Shown here: positions 11,301-23,557 of the stretch, piece by piece
How positions within the stretch are numbered: position 1 is the stretch's first letter
Layout: every line of letters begins with the position of its first letter
Source of the DNA: Antechinus flavipes
Lineage: Eukaryota
Assembly: GCF_016432865.1 (NCBI RefSeq)
Contig: NC_067400.1
Coordinates: forward strand, 63,550,001 to 63,614,000
DNA length: 64,000 bases
Direction: 5' to 3'
Program-made: the position numbers and the translations under genes
The notes under the pieces: generated by a model
The model's database searches: none
What the model was told of the DNA's origin: nothing
Seen by the model: only the letters and a program-made list of their open reading frames with translations

Positions 11301-14300
11301 GATTGGTGATGCAAGAAATAAATGAGACTGGGTACAGAGAAACACATGTGTGAATGGATACAAAGTAAAGGAGGTAGACACAAGTTCAACAACGTAAATG
11401 CAAACAATAACAATCAAAACTGAATGCTACAAAATTAAAAAGAAGTACTTCATCCAAAAAACAGCTATGAGAAGACATCTCCCTCCTCCTTTCAGCCTGA
11501 AGTCAACGGGTTCAATCACACAGGGCATAACATCAGACTTTTTTGGCATGTTAAATTTATAAATTTTTAGCTTCTTTATTCTTTCCTTGCTTTAAAAAAA
11601 AAAAATCTGGGGAGAAATGATGGCAATGTGAAAACAGAAGAGATCAATAAAAGAAAAGCTGCTTTAAAAAGTTGGAGAACTGAAGGGAAAAAAACGGAAT
11701 GGGGGGAGACGAGGGAATGGGGACAGCTTACCCCAGGAGGAGAAGCATCTCTGGCCTGCGGTGACAGATACTGAACAGTAGCTGCTCGGTGATCGGGGTG
11801 AAAGGACAGAGGATTCCCCTCCAGGTGCAGCTGTGGACGAGAAAGGAGATGAACAGCAGCCAGCACAACTGCTCTGAGGCCAAAGGGACATGGTTGTCGC
11901 CTTCTTGCAGCCATGCTTGGACTCTGGGCGCTTGGTTCACACTCCTTCTTCCCCGTCCCCAAGATCCCCACTCACTCTCTGGAGCTCAGCCAGCGTCCTC
12001 AAGGGCACCAGCTCCCTGTGTTGTTCCAGCAGATTGTACGCCACGTCCAGATGCCGAAGGCCCCTCAGCTGATCCAGCCCTGAGCGGGGAGACCCGCAGC
12101 GTCAGGCACTTCTGCCCGGCCCCCCAAGTCTCGGAGCTGGCCCTCCGACCCAGGCGGCGGGCTCCCACCACCTCGGCCCCTTTCCCTGGTGGGCCGCTCA
12201 CCGCACAAGCTTCGGAGCTCATTGCCCCTCAGCACTACCGTCCTGAGCACGGCCCCCGCGGGGCTCACCACCGGCACTGACTGAAGGCGGTTGTAGGAGA
12301 CATCCAGGTGCCGCAGCTCGGACAGGGCCTGCAGGACAGAGATGGCATCAGGCTAGGGTAAGGCCGTGCCCTAACTGGGCAAAGATTTGGGACAAGGTGG
12401 CTGCAGCAGGCAGAAGGAAGAATCCCATTCAGGGATCAGGGATGCAGAGATCCCTCCAGACTCACAGTCAAGAAGTCTTCACAGTCGGTGACTCGGTTGT
12501 GGCTCAGATTCAGAACCTGAAGAGCTGACAGGAGATGCTGAGGGAAACGAGTCGGGAGGATCACTCGGGGTGCCTTAGGTCCTCCCCCTCCCTTCGAGGC
12601 CCTCTGGCAAATCCTCGCCCCACTCACCAGGGATCGGTCCAAGGCAGTCAATGAATTATAGCTAAAATCAGCACAAACCAGGGCGAGCCAGGGCAGGGCA
12701 GAGCAGAGGTCACCGCCACAAGCCGAGAGGAGTTCCTGAGGCAGGGAGAAAAGGTCGGCGCCGGCAGCCCCTTCCCCCAGGGCCCCTCCCCACCAGGACC
12801 AGCAACGCCCCAGCCCGCCCCGTCCTTCACCTCTAGTGCTTGGAGGCTCCTGCTACAGACCAGAGTCTCGAGCTGAGAGTAGATTCCGCGGAGGCCACAC
12901 AGACAGTGCAGAGGGACCGCTCGCAGCTGGGGAGAAGGCTCCAAATCAGGGAGGGAGAGGACGGTGGGGGAACGAACACACAAGAGCCACGTTCTGCTGG
13001 ACTCAAATCGGTCAGTCAGACTGAAGGACAGCAGAGAGGGACTTAAGGGCTAGGACCCTCACAAGGAACCCCCCTCTGGGTCCCCAAAGAGCTTCTCCGA
13101 GCTGAGCCATACACCACCACCCACTCCCAGCTCATCCTACCTCCAGCTGCTTCAGGGACTTGAAGGGGAAGATCTTGATGGGGCCTTGAGGGCCAGGGCC
13201 TGGGACGTGCACTAGCTGAGAGAGAAGAGAACAGCTCAAGTGGGGAGTAATGGGCCTCTCCCTCGGCACAGTGCCCCCCCAATTACATGGGTTGCCCTCT
13301 CCTGGACCCACTGTCATCCACAACCTCAGGCCCACACATTTCATACAGCCTCCGCTCTGCAGACCCCAGCCCCAGCCCCCTCAAAACACAGCCAGGCTGA
13401 GCTCCCAATGCCTCCCGACAACCTTGAGTGAGAGCGTTTTCTGCAACACGTCAAACAGGAACTGGAGCTGCAGGATAGTAGGGGAGTCGGCAGGGTGGGA
13501 GGGCAGGGCCACAAAGCCGGCCTGCCCGGGACCCCAGGGTCCCAGATGAAGCTCAAACACATGATTCAGCTGCTGCAGGGTGGAGGTCAGCAGAGTCAGC
13601 GTGCTGCAGCCAGACAGGACCAGGTCACCTGCGGGGAGGGCGAGGGAGAAGGCAGACACCGTGAGCTTGGGACAGGACCCCCGTGGGGGCCGGCCTAGCC
13701 CGCGGGAGCCCCAGGCGGCTGCCTCTTCCTGGTCTGCCCGACACGTCTCCAGGCCCGCCTCCTCCCCCACAAAATGAGGGCCCCGGGTGTCTGTGATACT
13801 CCCATCCAGCAGGACCCGTGCTAGATTCCGGACCAATGGGAACCCGCCCTCCAGAAGCTCGTGTTCTATCCCGTACAGAGCAACTGAGACACACATGTAC
13901 AGAGTAACAGGGCGAAGGGGGTGTAAAACCAGCCATTCCTTAGGCACCGCCTACATGCCAGGCTGGGCTCCGAGGAGCCAGAGGCCAGAGCAGTCCCCCC
14001 CCCTCACAAAGCCTCCCCCCAGGAGACAAGAATCAAATATGTAAAGGATAAATGGCAAACAGTTAAGAGGGGGAAGCCCCAGAATTCAGAGGGGCTGGGA
14101 AATGCTTCCTGGAGAAGGTGGGACCGAGGGAAGCCCTGGGCCAGAAAGGGGGATGGAGGAGAGCCCGGGAGAAGGGCCGCAGCCCAGACACGGAAGGTCA
14201 CGCCGGTGGAACGGCCAGGAGGCCAGGGTGGCGAGGCACCCAGGGGCTCCCATCAGCAAACAGGACCCTGGCCCTAGGGGGTCGGAAGGGAGAGTCCGCT

Positions 14301-15664
14301 GCGCACTGGCCTGGGTATGGGGCCCCCCAGGAAGGCAAAGGAGGGGAGGGACTCCCATTCTCCAAGTCTGCCCGCCACCCAGGCTGAACGTCTGAAAGGC
14401 AGGCGGTCACCGAGCCTGGGGGAGCTGCAAGGGCAGGAGTCCGTGGGAGCGAGAAGAGAAGGGGGCCCACGGAGAGCGACCCGGGCCGCGGGGTCTCGGA
14501 GCAGAGAGGTCCGCGGGGATGGGGTAGTGGGCAGCTGGGGTGAGCCGGCAGGCAGTGACAGAGCCGGGGACAGGGGAACGTCTCCGCAGCGGGCACCCCG
14601 GGGCAGACTCCAGGAGGGAGAAGGCTTCTCCACAGGAGAGGGGGCAGTGGCAGAAAGGAAGCCAGAGGGGCGGGGGCCCCCAGGAGGGGCGGGGGGGCTC
14701 CCAGGAGGGGCGGGGGCTCCCAGGAGGGGCAGGGGGGCTCCCAGGAGGGGCGGGGGGTCCCCGGAGGGGCGGGGGGGGGGCTCCCAGGAGGGGCCTCCAT
14801 TTTTTAAAATAAAATAGGAGGCGAGGACGCCGGCCGGGGGAGGGGATAAGGAAAGCAGTGCCGAGGGCCCACAGCAGGGGTACCATCCCTCTGGGGAGGA
14901 GCACAGAGCCGCGGCTGTGCGCGCAGCGTGGGGCACCCCGGTCACGGGAGACGCGCGGTGTTACTGTCTCTGGCTGGGGCCCAGGAGGTGCCCGCGGAAG
15001 GTGAGTGGGAGTAAGGAGACAGGAGACCTACTACGTGTCGGGTACCCTGCTAAGCTCTCCTAAGACTGTGCCAACGATACAGTAAGAGTTACAGAGCGCC
15101 CGCCAGGCGATAAGCACTCTGGCAATTGTTTCAGTAACGACGGGGAGCCAGCGCCCGTGCGTCACACGCCGTGCGAAGTAAGCTTTCACAGTTATCTCCC
15201 CGCTCGAGAGCTGACATGTATAGAGCACCTGGTGGCGATCACTGGGCCGAGTGTTCACAACTGTCTTACTCAGGGACATGTCTGAAGCCCTATGGCGGCC
15301 TCTTGCAATAACGCTGAGCGCAGCAGCGAACCCCCGTAGCACGCCCACTACGTGCCGGGCGCCGCGCGAACTGTCACTGGGTGTCACAGCGCGGCGCGCG
15401 AGGTCGGCGGCTAAGGAAGCTGGGGCAGGGAAGCGACGGGCGCCGTCGCACAGCTGTTAGAGGTACTGCCGCAGGTGTTCCCGTTCCGGGCCGGCACCCA
15501 GAAGTCTCGAGCTTCGGGGTCTGGAGAAGGAGCTGGTGGCAGGAGCTACCGACACTCCCTTCCTTCCCCCTCCCCAGGCCTTCGCCCCCTGACCCGGAAG
15601 CTCCCTTACCCGAGTCTTGCAGCAGCCCCGCCAGCTTCCACACTAAGGAGCTCGTCGTCGCCAT
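5388..15664 (-). CDS. STK11IP: STK11-interacting protein (LIP1), LRR protein; 24 coding exons, 3210 nt, ~1069 aa
   Basis: Exons in transcript order: 15610-15664, 13423-13628, 13141-13215, 12831-12926, 12628-12735, 12466-12537, 12202-12328, 11976-12079, 11732-11830, 10714-10755, 10358-10504, 10089-10173, 9242-9607, 8947-9134, 8695-8811, 8408-8576, 7867-8094, 7455-7558, 7244-7341, 6975-7153, 6714-6795, 6402-6472, 5752-5984, 5388-5546. All introns are GT-AG with compatible phases. Peptides such as [76 protein letters not shown] and [11 protein letters not shown] match human STK11IP as I recall it. Confidence 0.95.
11270..11560 (+). mobile_element. Old L1-like A-rich fragment in a STK11IP intron
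   Basis: A-rich block (AACAATAACAATCAAAACTGAATGCTAC...) that contrasts with GC-rich flanks; family assignment tentative. Confidence 0.35.
14665..14794. repeat. G-rich minisatellite, ~20-21-bp unit (GGGGGGCTCCCAGGAGGGGC) x~6
   Basis: Directly visible tandem copies in the first STK11IP coding intron. Confidence 0.9.
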
Positions 15665-16300
15665 AGCAACAGGGAGCTTGGGGGCGGAGCCGAGAGATGA
15701 GGGGCTGGGAAAGATGACTCCGGGAAGCCGGAGGGAAGAATCCAAGGACCACACCCCGGCCCCCCTCCCCCAGCCTCACTAGGGTCAGCTGAGGCGGAGG
15801 AGGGGGCCTGGCAAAGTGACAATTCACGGCTCGGGAAGTAGCAGAAAGTGCGGTGCGGGAAGCAAAGCCGGGTCCCAGAGCGGCCCAGGACCCCTGAAGA
15901 GGGCGCGCGGCCGGCCTCGGGAAGCTCCGGAACGATCTTTCCGAGGCTCCCCCCTTCCTACGGGATCAGCTGCCGGACACCTGCACTGGGGAGGGAAAAA
16001 GCGGAAGCTCCCCACCTCTGAGGCGGAAGTTGAGCTTAAAGACTTCCGGCTCCTTCGGCGATTAAGAGGAAAGGGGGCGGAGCCAGGCTTCGGTTCCTCG
16101 GAGCGGTGAGCGTGGAGCCCCGTACGAGGCCGCGGAGGAAAAGGCTGGCCTCAGACAGCCGGACTGTCGCGCCTGCTCTTTCTGCCGGGCTGGCCACCCG
16201 GGCCTCCTTCCTCGTCGTGCGCCTGCGCGAGGCCTCCTTTCTGACTCGCCGGCATTCCGCATCTTTTCCTTCATTCTGAATATTGTTCGGGTTTTTTGAA
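14800..16300. promoter_or_regulatory. STK11IP: CpG island / STK11IP promoter with ETS and NRF1-like motifs
   Basis: High GC and CpG density around the first coding exon. GCGGAAGT near 16023, ACTTCCGG near 16042, TGCGCCTGCGCG at 16218-16229. Candidate non-coding first-exon donor near 16014 (minus CAGAG|GTGGG). Confidence 0.75.
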
Positions 16301-16939
16301 TGTTGAGTTTCAGGTTATTCAAGTATTCAGATAAGACAGAAACCTAAAAGTATGGCACAAAACCAGGCCTCAAACCAGAATTATAAGCAAAAAATGAAAA
16401 AACTAGCTTTAGCAAAATACCGGTAACGATATGTATTATCGATTGTTATTCCCTCCTCAGATCGTGTTGCTCCAAATTCCCTGGGAGGTGTGGTCTGAGT
16501 CTGCGCGGGCATTTTGCATTTCGGGTATTTGTGTTTGTCACATATTTGTATCCTGCAGCCCACAGCTGGTCACGGAGAAAACTGGGAGAGAATGCTTTCC
16601 AGGGACAACTTGCTTGTCTGGGCTTCCTCTTCGAGAAGAATAAAATAAATGGTTTTATGATAAATAGGTTATGAAGATTTTAGGCAAAGAAAAAGGCCAT
16701 CAAATATTTCAATGTATAAAGAACAATAAAGTTCCCTTTTTTCTGCCCAATTCGAGCGTCACCAGTTCTGGGAGAAAAAAGCGTTGGGTTTTTCCCCAAG
16801 TCGAAGTTGACACGCCCCCTCCCCCATCTCATACAATCTTGCAGTTCTATCTGTCGATCCCCCATAATAAATAAAGGATTTTGGTAAGTACGTTATAAAA
16901 AAGTTGTCTCCTCCAACAACTTTGGGATGTAAAAGTGCC

Positions 16940-17040
16940 TGTTTTACAGATGGGGAAACCGAGGCAGCAGGTTCAGTGACCTGCCCGGGATCACACGGCT
17001 AGTAAGTGTCTGAGACTGCATTAGAACTCAAATCTTCCTG
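16940..17040 (-). mobile_element. CORE-SINE (MIR/Mar1-like)
   Basis: TTTTACAGATGGGGAAACCGAGGCAG...GTGACCTGCCCGGGATCACACGGCTAGTAAGTGTCTGAG is the reverse of the MIR core. Confidence 0.75.
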
Positions 17041-18089
17041 TAAAAAAGAGAATAATGATGAAAACGGCTTACCTTTATAGAGCACCTCCTGTGCGCGGGG
17101 CACCATGCTTTAAGACCTGGTCTAAGACACCAGGCCCCCAGCATTCCCCACTGTGCCACTTCCTTGTCTCCTCAGCTCCGGAAAAGCAGGTGGAGAGCAA
17201 AGGTACTTAAATGCTTGTCTTAAAACCTTGTTAACCCCCCCCCCCCACTGTGGTTAGAACCAGCCCTGCTTTGGGGGGCAGACCAGACCAGACGAGGTCT
17301 CGCAGAGGGCCAAGCACTCGGCCCATACGTAGCCACTTAATGGATGCTGAATTGAGCGCAAGAGCTGAAGCGTGAGTGGAAGATGTGCTGGTGGATCCCA
17401 GCCGAAGAGAAGCTTTTTGAGGTGAGGGCTGATGCCGCTTGGGATCCGCCTCCCTGGTATCAATCACTGGGGATTAGACAGGGACTGACCCTCCTCCTTG
17501 CCACCCCATCCTCCCCAGTCTGGCATCTGCACTGGGGACACTAGGTACCACGTGGCCGTAAAAGAGGCATCCCCTCAGTGGCACATGAGCTCTCCGGTGA
17601 TTCCATATCCTCAGGAAGTGACCAGGGATCAATGTACCCCAATCTTTTTGTTTGACACAGCTTTGTAATAGGTCATTTATCTTTGGCTCTTCGGATGTAA
17701 AAAGAGGGAGGAAAAAAAGGGTTTCTTCGAATTTTCTTTCTTGGCAAATTCTACTGAACTTTCAAGGTATTTAGGTCAAGCCCTACTTCTGGGAAGTGTT
17801 CCCTGAGTTGCCCATTCCAAATCGGTTTTTCCTGTAACTACTAGAGCGTTTATTGTTTCCACCCTAACACCTAGCACATGATTGTTATCCTTCCTTCTGA
17901 AAGATGGCCAGTGACATCGCGGGAGGGAAACCTTCACTTGTGAGTGAATTGGATACGATCGGGACGGAGCTGCACCAAGTTGGTCAGCCTGGCTGTGCCC
18001 TCCAGAGCCATCACAGCCTCGTGGGGAACCTTGGCTTTCGTTAAGGCCTTTCCCAGGTCTCAATAATTAGGCTGAAGTCAGGAGGGCCA

Positions 18090-18300
18090 CTTAGATACTA
18101 GGTGGCCCTAGGGGTAAAGTGCTGGCACTAGAAAGTCAAGAAGGCTCTGAATTCAAATTCTACCTCAGGCATTTGCAGGCTGTTATGGGACAAGTCACCT
18201 AACTACTTGCTCCCTGCCTCAGTTTCCTCAACTGTCACGAGTTGGGAGGAGATACTTGTAAAGCGCCTGGCACATAGCAGGTGTTGTATAAATGCTTATT
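18090..18300 (+). mobile_element. CORE-SINE (MIR-like)
   Basis: tRNA-derived head (CTAGGTGGC...GAATTCAAATTC), core CAAGTCAC...GCCTCAGTTTCCTC and L2-type tail GCGCCTGGCACATAGCAGG. Confidence 0.7.
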
Positions 18301-18739
18301 CCTCCCCCTTTGTTCTCTTTTGTGGCTCTCTGTTTAGAGTGCATGCCTTGTTTACTTAGGAAACTTTTTGAGAAGAGGGACAGTGTTTTGTGCATCTCTT
18401 TCACTCTTCAGGACGCTGCTTCACATGAATAAATTTATTCAATGTCCTGTTCAAATGTGGTTGGAAGCAACTTTGTCTCTGAAGCAAAATGATCAACAAT
18501 TTCAGATGTAGACTGAGATTTTTCATTTCTTATTGAAGTCCCACAAGCTGAGTATCAGAAACAGCTGGTGCTTGTTAAGCAGACCATCAAGTGAAAACAC
18601 TGAGCAAATACTGATAGGTGGGAATAGGAATAGTTAATAGCTAACATCTATATACTAGTGATTTAAGGTTTGCAAAGCACTACATAGATGTAGATGGATA
18701 TTGAGAGAGAGTATCTTTTTTGTTCCTCATGAGGTGCTG

Positions 18740-18880
18740 TTATAATCCCCATTTTACAGATGAGAGAATGGAGACTGCATGTAGTCATATCTACATATTG
18801 AGTATCTGGGGAGGATTTGAACTCAGGGCCATCCTGCCTCGAGGTCCGGCACCCCACCCACTGCACTACCTAGCTGCTCT
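18740..18880 (-). mobile_element. Marsupial CORE-SINE
   Basis: CCCCATTTTACAGATGAG...GGATTTGAACTCAGG...CCACTGCACTACCTAGCTGC. Confidence 0.7.
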
Positions 18881-19479
18881 TAGGTCTTTTCTCCAAGAGA
18901 ATTACACACTGTCTGAGGCTACCCCAGGACCAATCCCGATCTGCACAAGGGCCCCCCCCATAGCATGTCCACAAGGGACTGTTGGACCTTTGCTTGAAGA
19001 CTTCCAGTCCCAGTGCAGCAGCCCGCTCTGTCCTCACCCAGAACCTAAATTTGCCTTCACTGACCCCAGCATGGCTTCCTGGGGCTTTGCAGAAAAACCT
19101 GCCAGGACAAAGTCAGAGTTCCCCTGGAAGCTGCTCACGTGAGTCTGGAGGATCTAGTGAGCCGGGAAGAGCCCTGGGCCTTCCCCCAGCCTGTGGGGCT
19201 CAGAGTCCCCAAACGATGACCTGTGAGCTTGTCAACAATCGTTTGATCATGGCCTTTTTTTTTTTTTTTTTTTTTAAATGAGGCAAAATGTCCGAGTGGG
19301 CAGAGGCCTGAGCTTGGAGCCAGGAACACCAGGGCACAAATCCCGCCTCCAGAGCTTGCTGTGACCCTGAGCAAGGCGCTGAAGCTGTCCCTGCCTCAGT
19401 TTCCTGAAAGAAGAGATTGGGCTAGATGAGCTGCCAGCGCTAGATCAATGATCCTGGCATGCTTTGATGCCAGAAAGGC

Positions 19480-19680
19480 CCGGCTTGGAGTCAGGAGACT
19501 CATCTTCCTGAGTTCAAATCTGGCTTCAGACCCTTCCTAGCTGTGACACGCTGGGCAAGGCACTGAGCCCTGCCTGCCTCAGTTTCCTTATCTGTAAAAT
19601 GTGCCGGAGAAGGAAGTGGCAAGCCATCCCATTATCTGCCAAGAAAACCCCAGCTGGGGTCCCAAGAACAACTGAACAAC
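19480..19680 (+). mobile_element. Marsupial Mar1-like SINE
   Basis: GGAGTCAGGA...CCTGAGTTCAAATCTGGCTTCAGAC...GCCTCAGTTTCC...GGAGAAGGAAGTGGCAAGCCATCCC...TGCCAAGAAAACCCC. Confidence 0.75.
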
Positions 19681-22600
19681 AGCCCTACTTTTGCTGATTG
19701 TGAAGAAGAAACAGGAATCAAGAGGTCGAGAAAGAAAAAAAAACTTTTTCTTCTGAGTAGTTGGAAACAGATATAGAAATTATTTTCTTTAGAAAAATAA
19801 GAGCCAATAGCTACAGAGGGAGAAAAACTCTTGAAGATTTTGATGCGATTTAAAACTGCTGAATGACCCCCAGGCTCATTCCTGCACTGAAATATTTTGA
19901 CTCTTAAATTAGCAGAATGATTTAAATTACCAAAGAACATTCTAATTGATGTCCATACACTAAAATTAGGGTTGGAATCAATAGATAACAGAAAACAGGA
20001 TCGAAGAAGGGTACTCAGTTTTGTCTGGAAAAATTGGTTTCCTTAGGACTACCTGCTTCACTATTTAAGATCCAGGCTTAACTTTTGATAGAGTGATGTT
20101 TGTTTTTTAAAAGAATAATTGAATGGGAAAGTATATTAATCTCTCAAGTAATCATACCTCTACTGCAACTGAGTTTTAGGAAGGATTATATGCCGATAGC
20201 TAAGCCCCCACCCCCACCTCCTGGATGGTGTAGCCTAATTGTAGAAAAAGAGGCAGTAATTGGCCTCCCAGCAGGCCAGACTTGCAAACTGAATATGTAA
20301 ATTGACAATAATGTCCCAGGGCAAGTCATATATAGTAGGGGCCGACAAAGGATAAGATAAAACTGAACTTAGATTCTCAAAGACCTGCCTATGAGTCCCA
20401 CCTCTGATACTGATGCAGGGAAGGCCCCTTGCCCTCTCAGCACAACAGGCTCCACACTGGGAGCTCTACACCATTAAAATCACAGGCAGGGGTTGCAAAG
20501 CCTTTTTCTCACATCCTCAGTGGAGGGTGGGGATTGAAGAAAAGGAAGATATGGATTTGAAAAAATAATTAATTGCAAAAATCAGAAATTCTGTAAAGTA
20601 CTTTGTAAACCTTAAAGCAATGTGAAAGTGGTAGTTGTGATTCTGATCATTCTAGGATAATCAGCACTGCTTTAACAATGATGGCTCTAAAATGAATGCC
20701 CTTTTGCCTATCTATCACCCCAATCAAAAAAAAAAAAAAAGCAAAACTCTGTCTACCTGCCCTTTAGGACCTAGCTGCAATCCTCTGATGTCTTCATAGG
20801 CTATTGTTATAGTCAAAAGGTGATTTTTAAATAAAAGTTGGAGTCTGCTTGCTAGCTCCCTTGTTAAAAATGAGCTGTACTTCAGAGGGATCACTATAGG
20901 GCTAGCAGAGTCTCATCTTCAGCTTTCCATTTTCTAAAACTCAATATTTTAAGTTCAAGCTCTAGGAAACCGAATACACTACGCCAACTCCCAAGGGACC
21001 GATTTGTCCATCCATAATTTCCTGGCTGAGAGCTGAAATATTTTCCTTACATCAGCCACAAACCGGCTCATAGACAATTTCCTGCAGCTGATTCCTGTCA
21101 GTGTCAGTCAACAAGCATTTATTTAATTAAACTCTTCCAATGTTCCTGGCACTGTATTGAAGCTCTGGGGATTAAAAAGGCCAAAACACAGTCCCTGTCC
21201 TCAAAGGACTCAATATACCATTGAAATGAGGTACATGCAAGATGGGGAGCACGTGGATGAAAGGGCATCTCAAAGAAGAAGGCACTAGCAGCTGAGAGCA
21301 CTGAGAAAAATCTCCTTCAGAGACGGGGATTTGAGAGGAGCCTTGAAGGAAACCAAGCCAGAAGTGAGGAAGGGGAACGTCTGGACGTGGGGGACTGCCA
21401 AAACTTGAAGATGGGAAATGTGTGGAGAGCAGCTGCATCTCTGAGAATACGGAAGGGGTTCTCTTATGTCTGTTCCTATTAACTTCCATGTCAGAGGTCT
21501 TTTTTTGGCCATATCCCCAAATCTTGAGGTTTCCTCCTGGCTGGTAGCTTCCTGTTGACTGGCACAAATTTCACGGGGTAGGGATTCTAATGTTCCCAGA
21601 ATCATTCCCAGTGGCACCCATGGGAAGGGAAAGGCCAGATGGGATTACCGTGTGGCCCCAATCCCTGTCTGAGTTGCCTTTGTTTGATAACTATGAAGAC
21701 CGGTAAAGGACTACAGGACGGACAGGTGATTGACACCAGGAAAGAGACTTTTGGCAGGTGGACACTTGTTATGATCGGCAAAGTGACCCACAGAGAGAAA
21801 TCAAGTTATTAGAGCAATTAATGAGCCATTACCTCATGTCTGGACTTCATGACTCCCCCAGGGCTTTCACTTTAGGGCACAGGTCTGATGAATTCCTTTT
21901 GTCACCCAGGTGTCGGTGCCATCTGTTTTCTGTCTCAACTCCCCCACAACACCCAGTGCTAGTTAGAAAGGGAGGCGGGCTGCCTTTGGAAGATGTCAAC
22001 ATTAATTAACACTGAAGATGTGGTGAATAGACAGGGAGAGGACTCTGATTAGGCAAGTACTTCACCTCTCTGGCCATCAATTTCCTAACTTGTAAAATGA
22101 GGTGTTTGGACTCTGCTGACCTTCCCTCCCTCAGAGCCCAGGGGTTCTGTGGAAAACTGAGGACCCCTAATTGTCCAAGCTTCTCCAAAGGTGGGGAAGG
22201 AACCGTTAAAATCTGCTGCTCTGTAGACAAATACATAGATGGCTTTTCTTTGGGTGGGGTATTTCTCCTTCCCGGAATTGGACCTGGTTTTCTACCACCA
22301 CCTTGGACAGGTGAGCTCTCCCAAATGGTGCTAGGAAGTGCTAGCACCTGACACTACAGGTGGGGGAGAAGAGGAGACCTTTAGACAGATGACCTTTCTG
22401 CTGCCCTTTCTCTTCTCAATACCGTGACCTTGTGGTGCAAGAGGGAAAGGCCAAGCCCCAGCCAAGGTTAGCCTGGGCAGCTCTGCCTTTCCAACTTTGC
22501 CATGGGAATTGTACCTCATCTTCCCTTTGTTATTTATTGGGGAGAGAATCTAAAATCTGAGGTCTTCAACGTAAGGGGAGAAGAGTTTTTGTCAGTGCAA

Positions 22601-22914
22601 GACCAGGATAATTTTGTGAAAACTGGTGCCCAGGCAAGGGAGTGGTGGCCACTGGGACGCTCGGAACCCAAGCTCTGAAATGTGTGAGTTCATTTTAAGA
22701 AGGACTAAAAACCCCAGAACGGGAGCCTCATTTCAGCCCTCTCCTTGATAATCCCTCAGTGTCAGGATGGCAAGAATCCCTCTGGCAAGAATCTGCATCA
22801 AGAAATGATGTCCCTGAGTCCCTGAGGTCATCTTGACTAGGTGATGCCCCAAGGCTGGGGCCAGAAAGATCTTCATTGAAATCCCACCTCATTTTTCCTT
22901 TAGTTCTGATTTTT

Positions 22915-23105
22915 CTTTCATCACTTGACAAATATGGAAATATATTTTAAATCACTGTCCATGTATGATTTATATCCAGTTTGCTGTCTTGGGGAGGGAG
23001 GGCAGAAGGAGAAAAAAATCAGAACTCAAAATCTTACAACAGTGAATGCTGAAAACTTTCATTACATGTAACTGGAAAAAAATAGAATACTATTAAGTGG
23101 AAAAA
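22915..23105 (+). mobile_element. Marsupial L1 3' UTR end
   Basis: GGAAATATATTTT...CATGTATGATTTATATC...GCTGTCTTGGGGAGGGAGGG...GAACTCAAAATCTTAC...TGAATGCTGAAAAC...ACATGTAACTGGAAAAAAAT; recognised from memory. Confidence 0.65.
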
Positions 23106-23343
23106 AAATTCCACCTCAGATATTTTCTAACCATGTTACCTCCAGAATCAGCCTCAGTTTTCTCAACTGTAAAATTGGATTAACAGCATACCTTACAGTG
23201 TTGCTACGAGGATAAGATGAGATATTTGTAAGGTATTTTGCATAGAGCTTGGCACATAGTAGGCACTTCATAAATACTTGTTCCCTCCTTCCCCTCCCAA
23301 GGTCAGGTTACTGAGGCTTCCCTTCAAGGAGACATTGGTTATT

Positions 23344-23557
23344 CATACATCAAGGCAAAGGCAGAGAGGCAGAAGGACTTCTTTTATTGGAGGGTCAGTG
23401 GGGTAAAGAAAGGCTTTGGAGGCTTTGAGAGGAGGCGCCCATGAACTTCTGGGTCTCTCTCACATCCCCAGAGCCAAGGTCCATACATCAAGGCAAAGAC
23501 AGAGAGGCAGAAGGGCCTCCTTTGTTGGGGGTCAGTGGGATGAGGAAAGGCCTTGGC
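23344..23557. repeat. Direct duplication, ~78-bp unit, copies start at 23344 and 23482
   Basis: CATACATCAAGGCAAAG(G/A)CAGAGAGGCAGAAGG...GGGTCAGTGGG...GAAAGGC(T/C)TTGG occurs twice. Confidence 0.85.

Noticed and set aside
14198-14945. Several Pro/Gly-rich ORFs
   Set aside because: Produced by the 20-bp G-rich minisatellite.
15031-15387. 118-aa minus-strand ORF with protein-like composition in a STK11IP intron
   Set aside because: No recognisable homology and no convincing splice context; better explained as CpG-retaining L2/MIR relics.
17231-17467. CpG-containing segment with a short ORF and a GAG|GTGAGG donor-like site
   Set aside because: No recognisable protein, in-frame stops nearby and no clear acceptor; cannot be supported as an exon.
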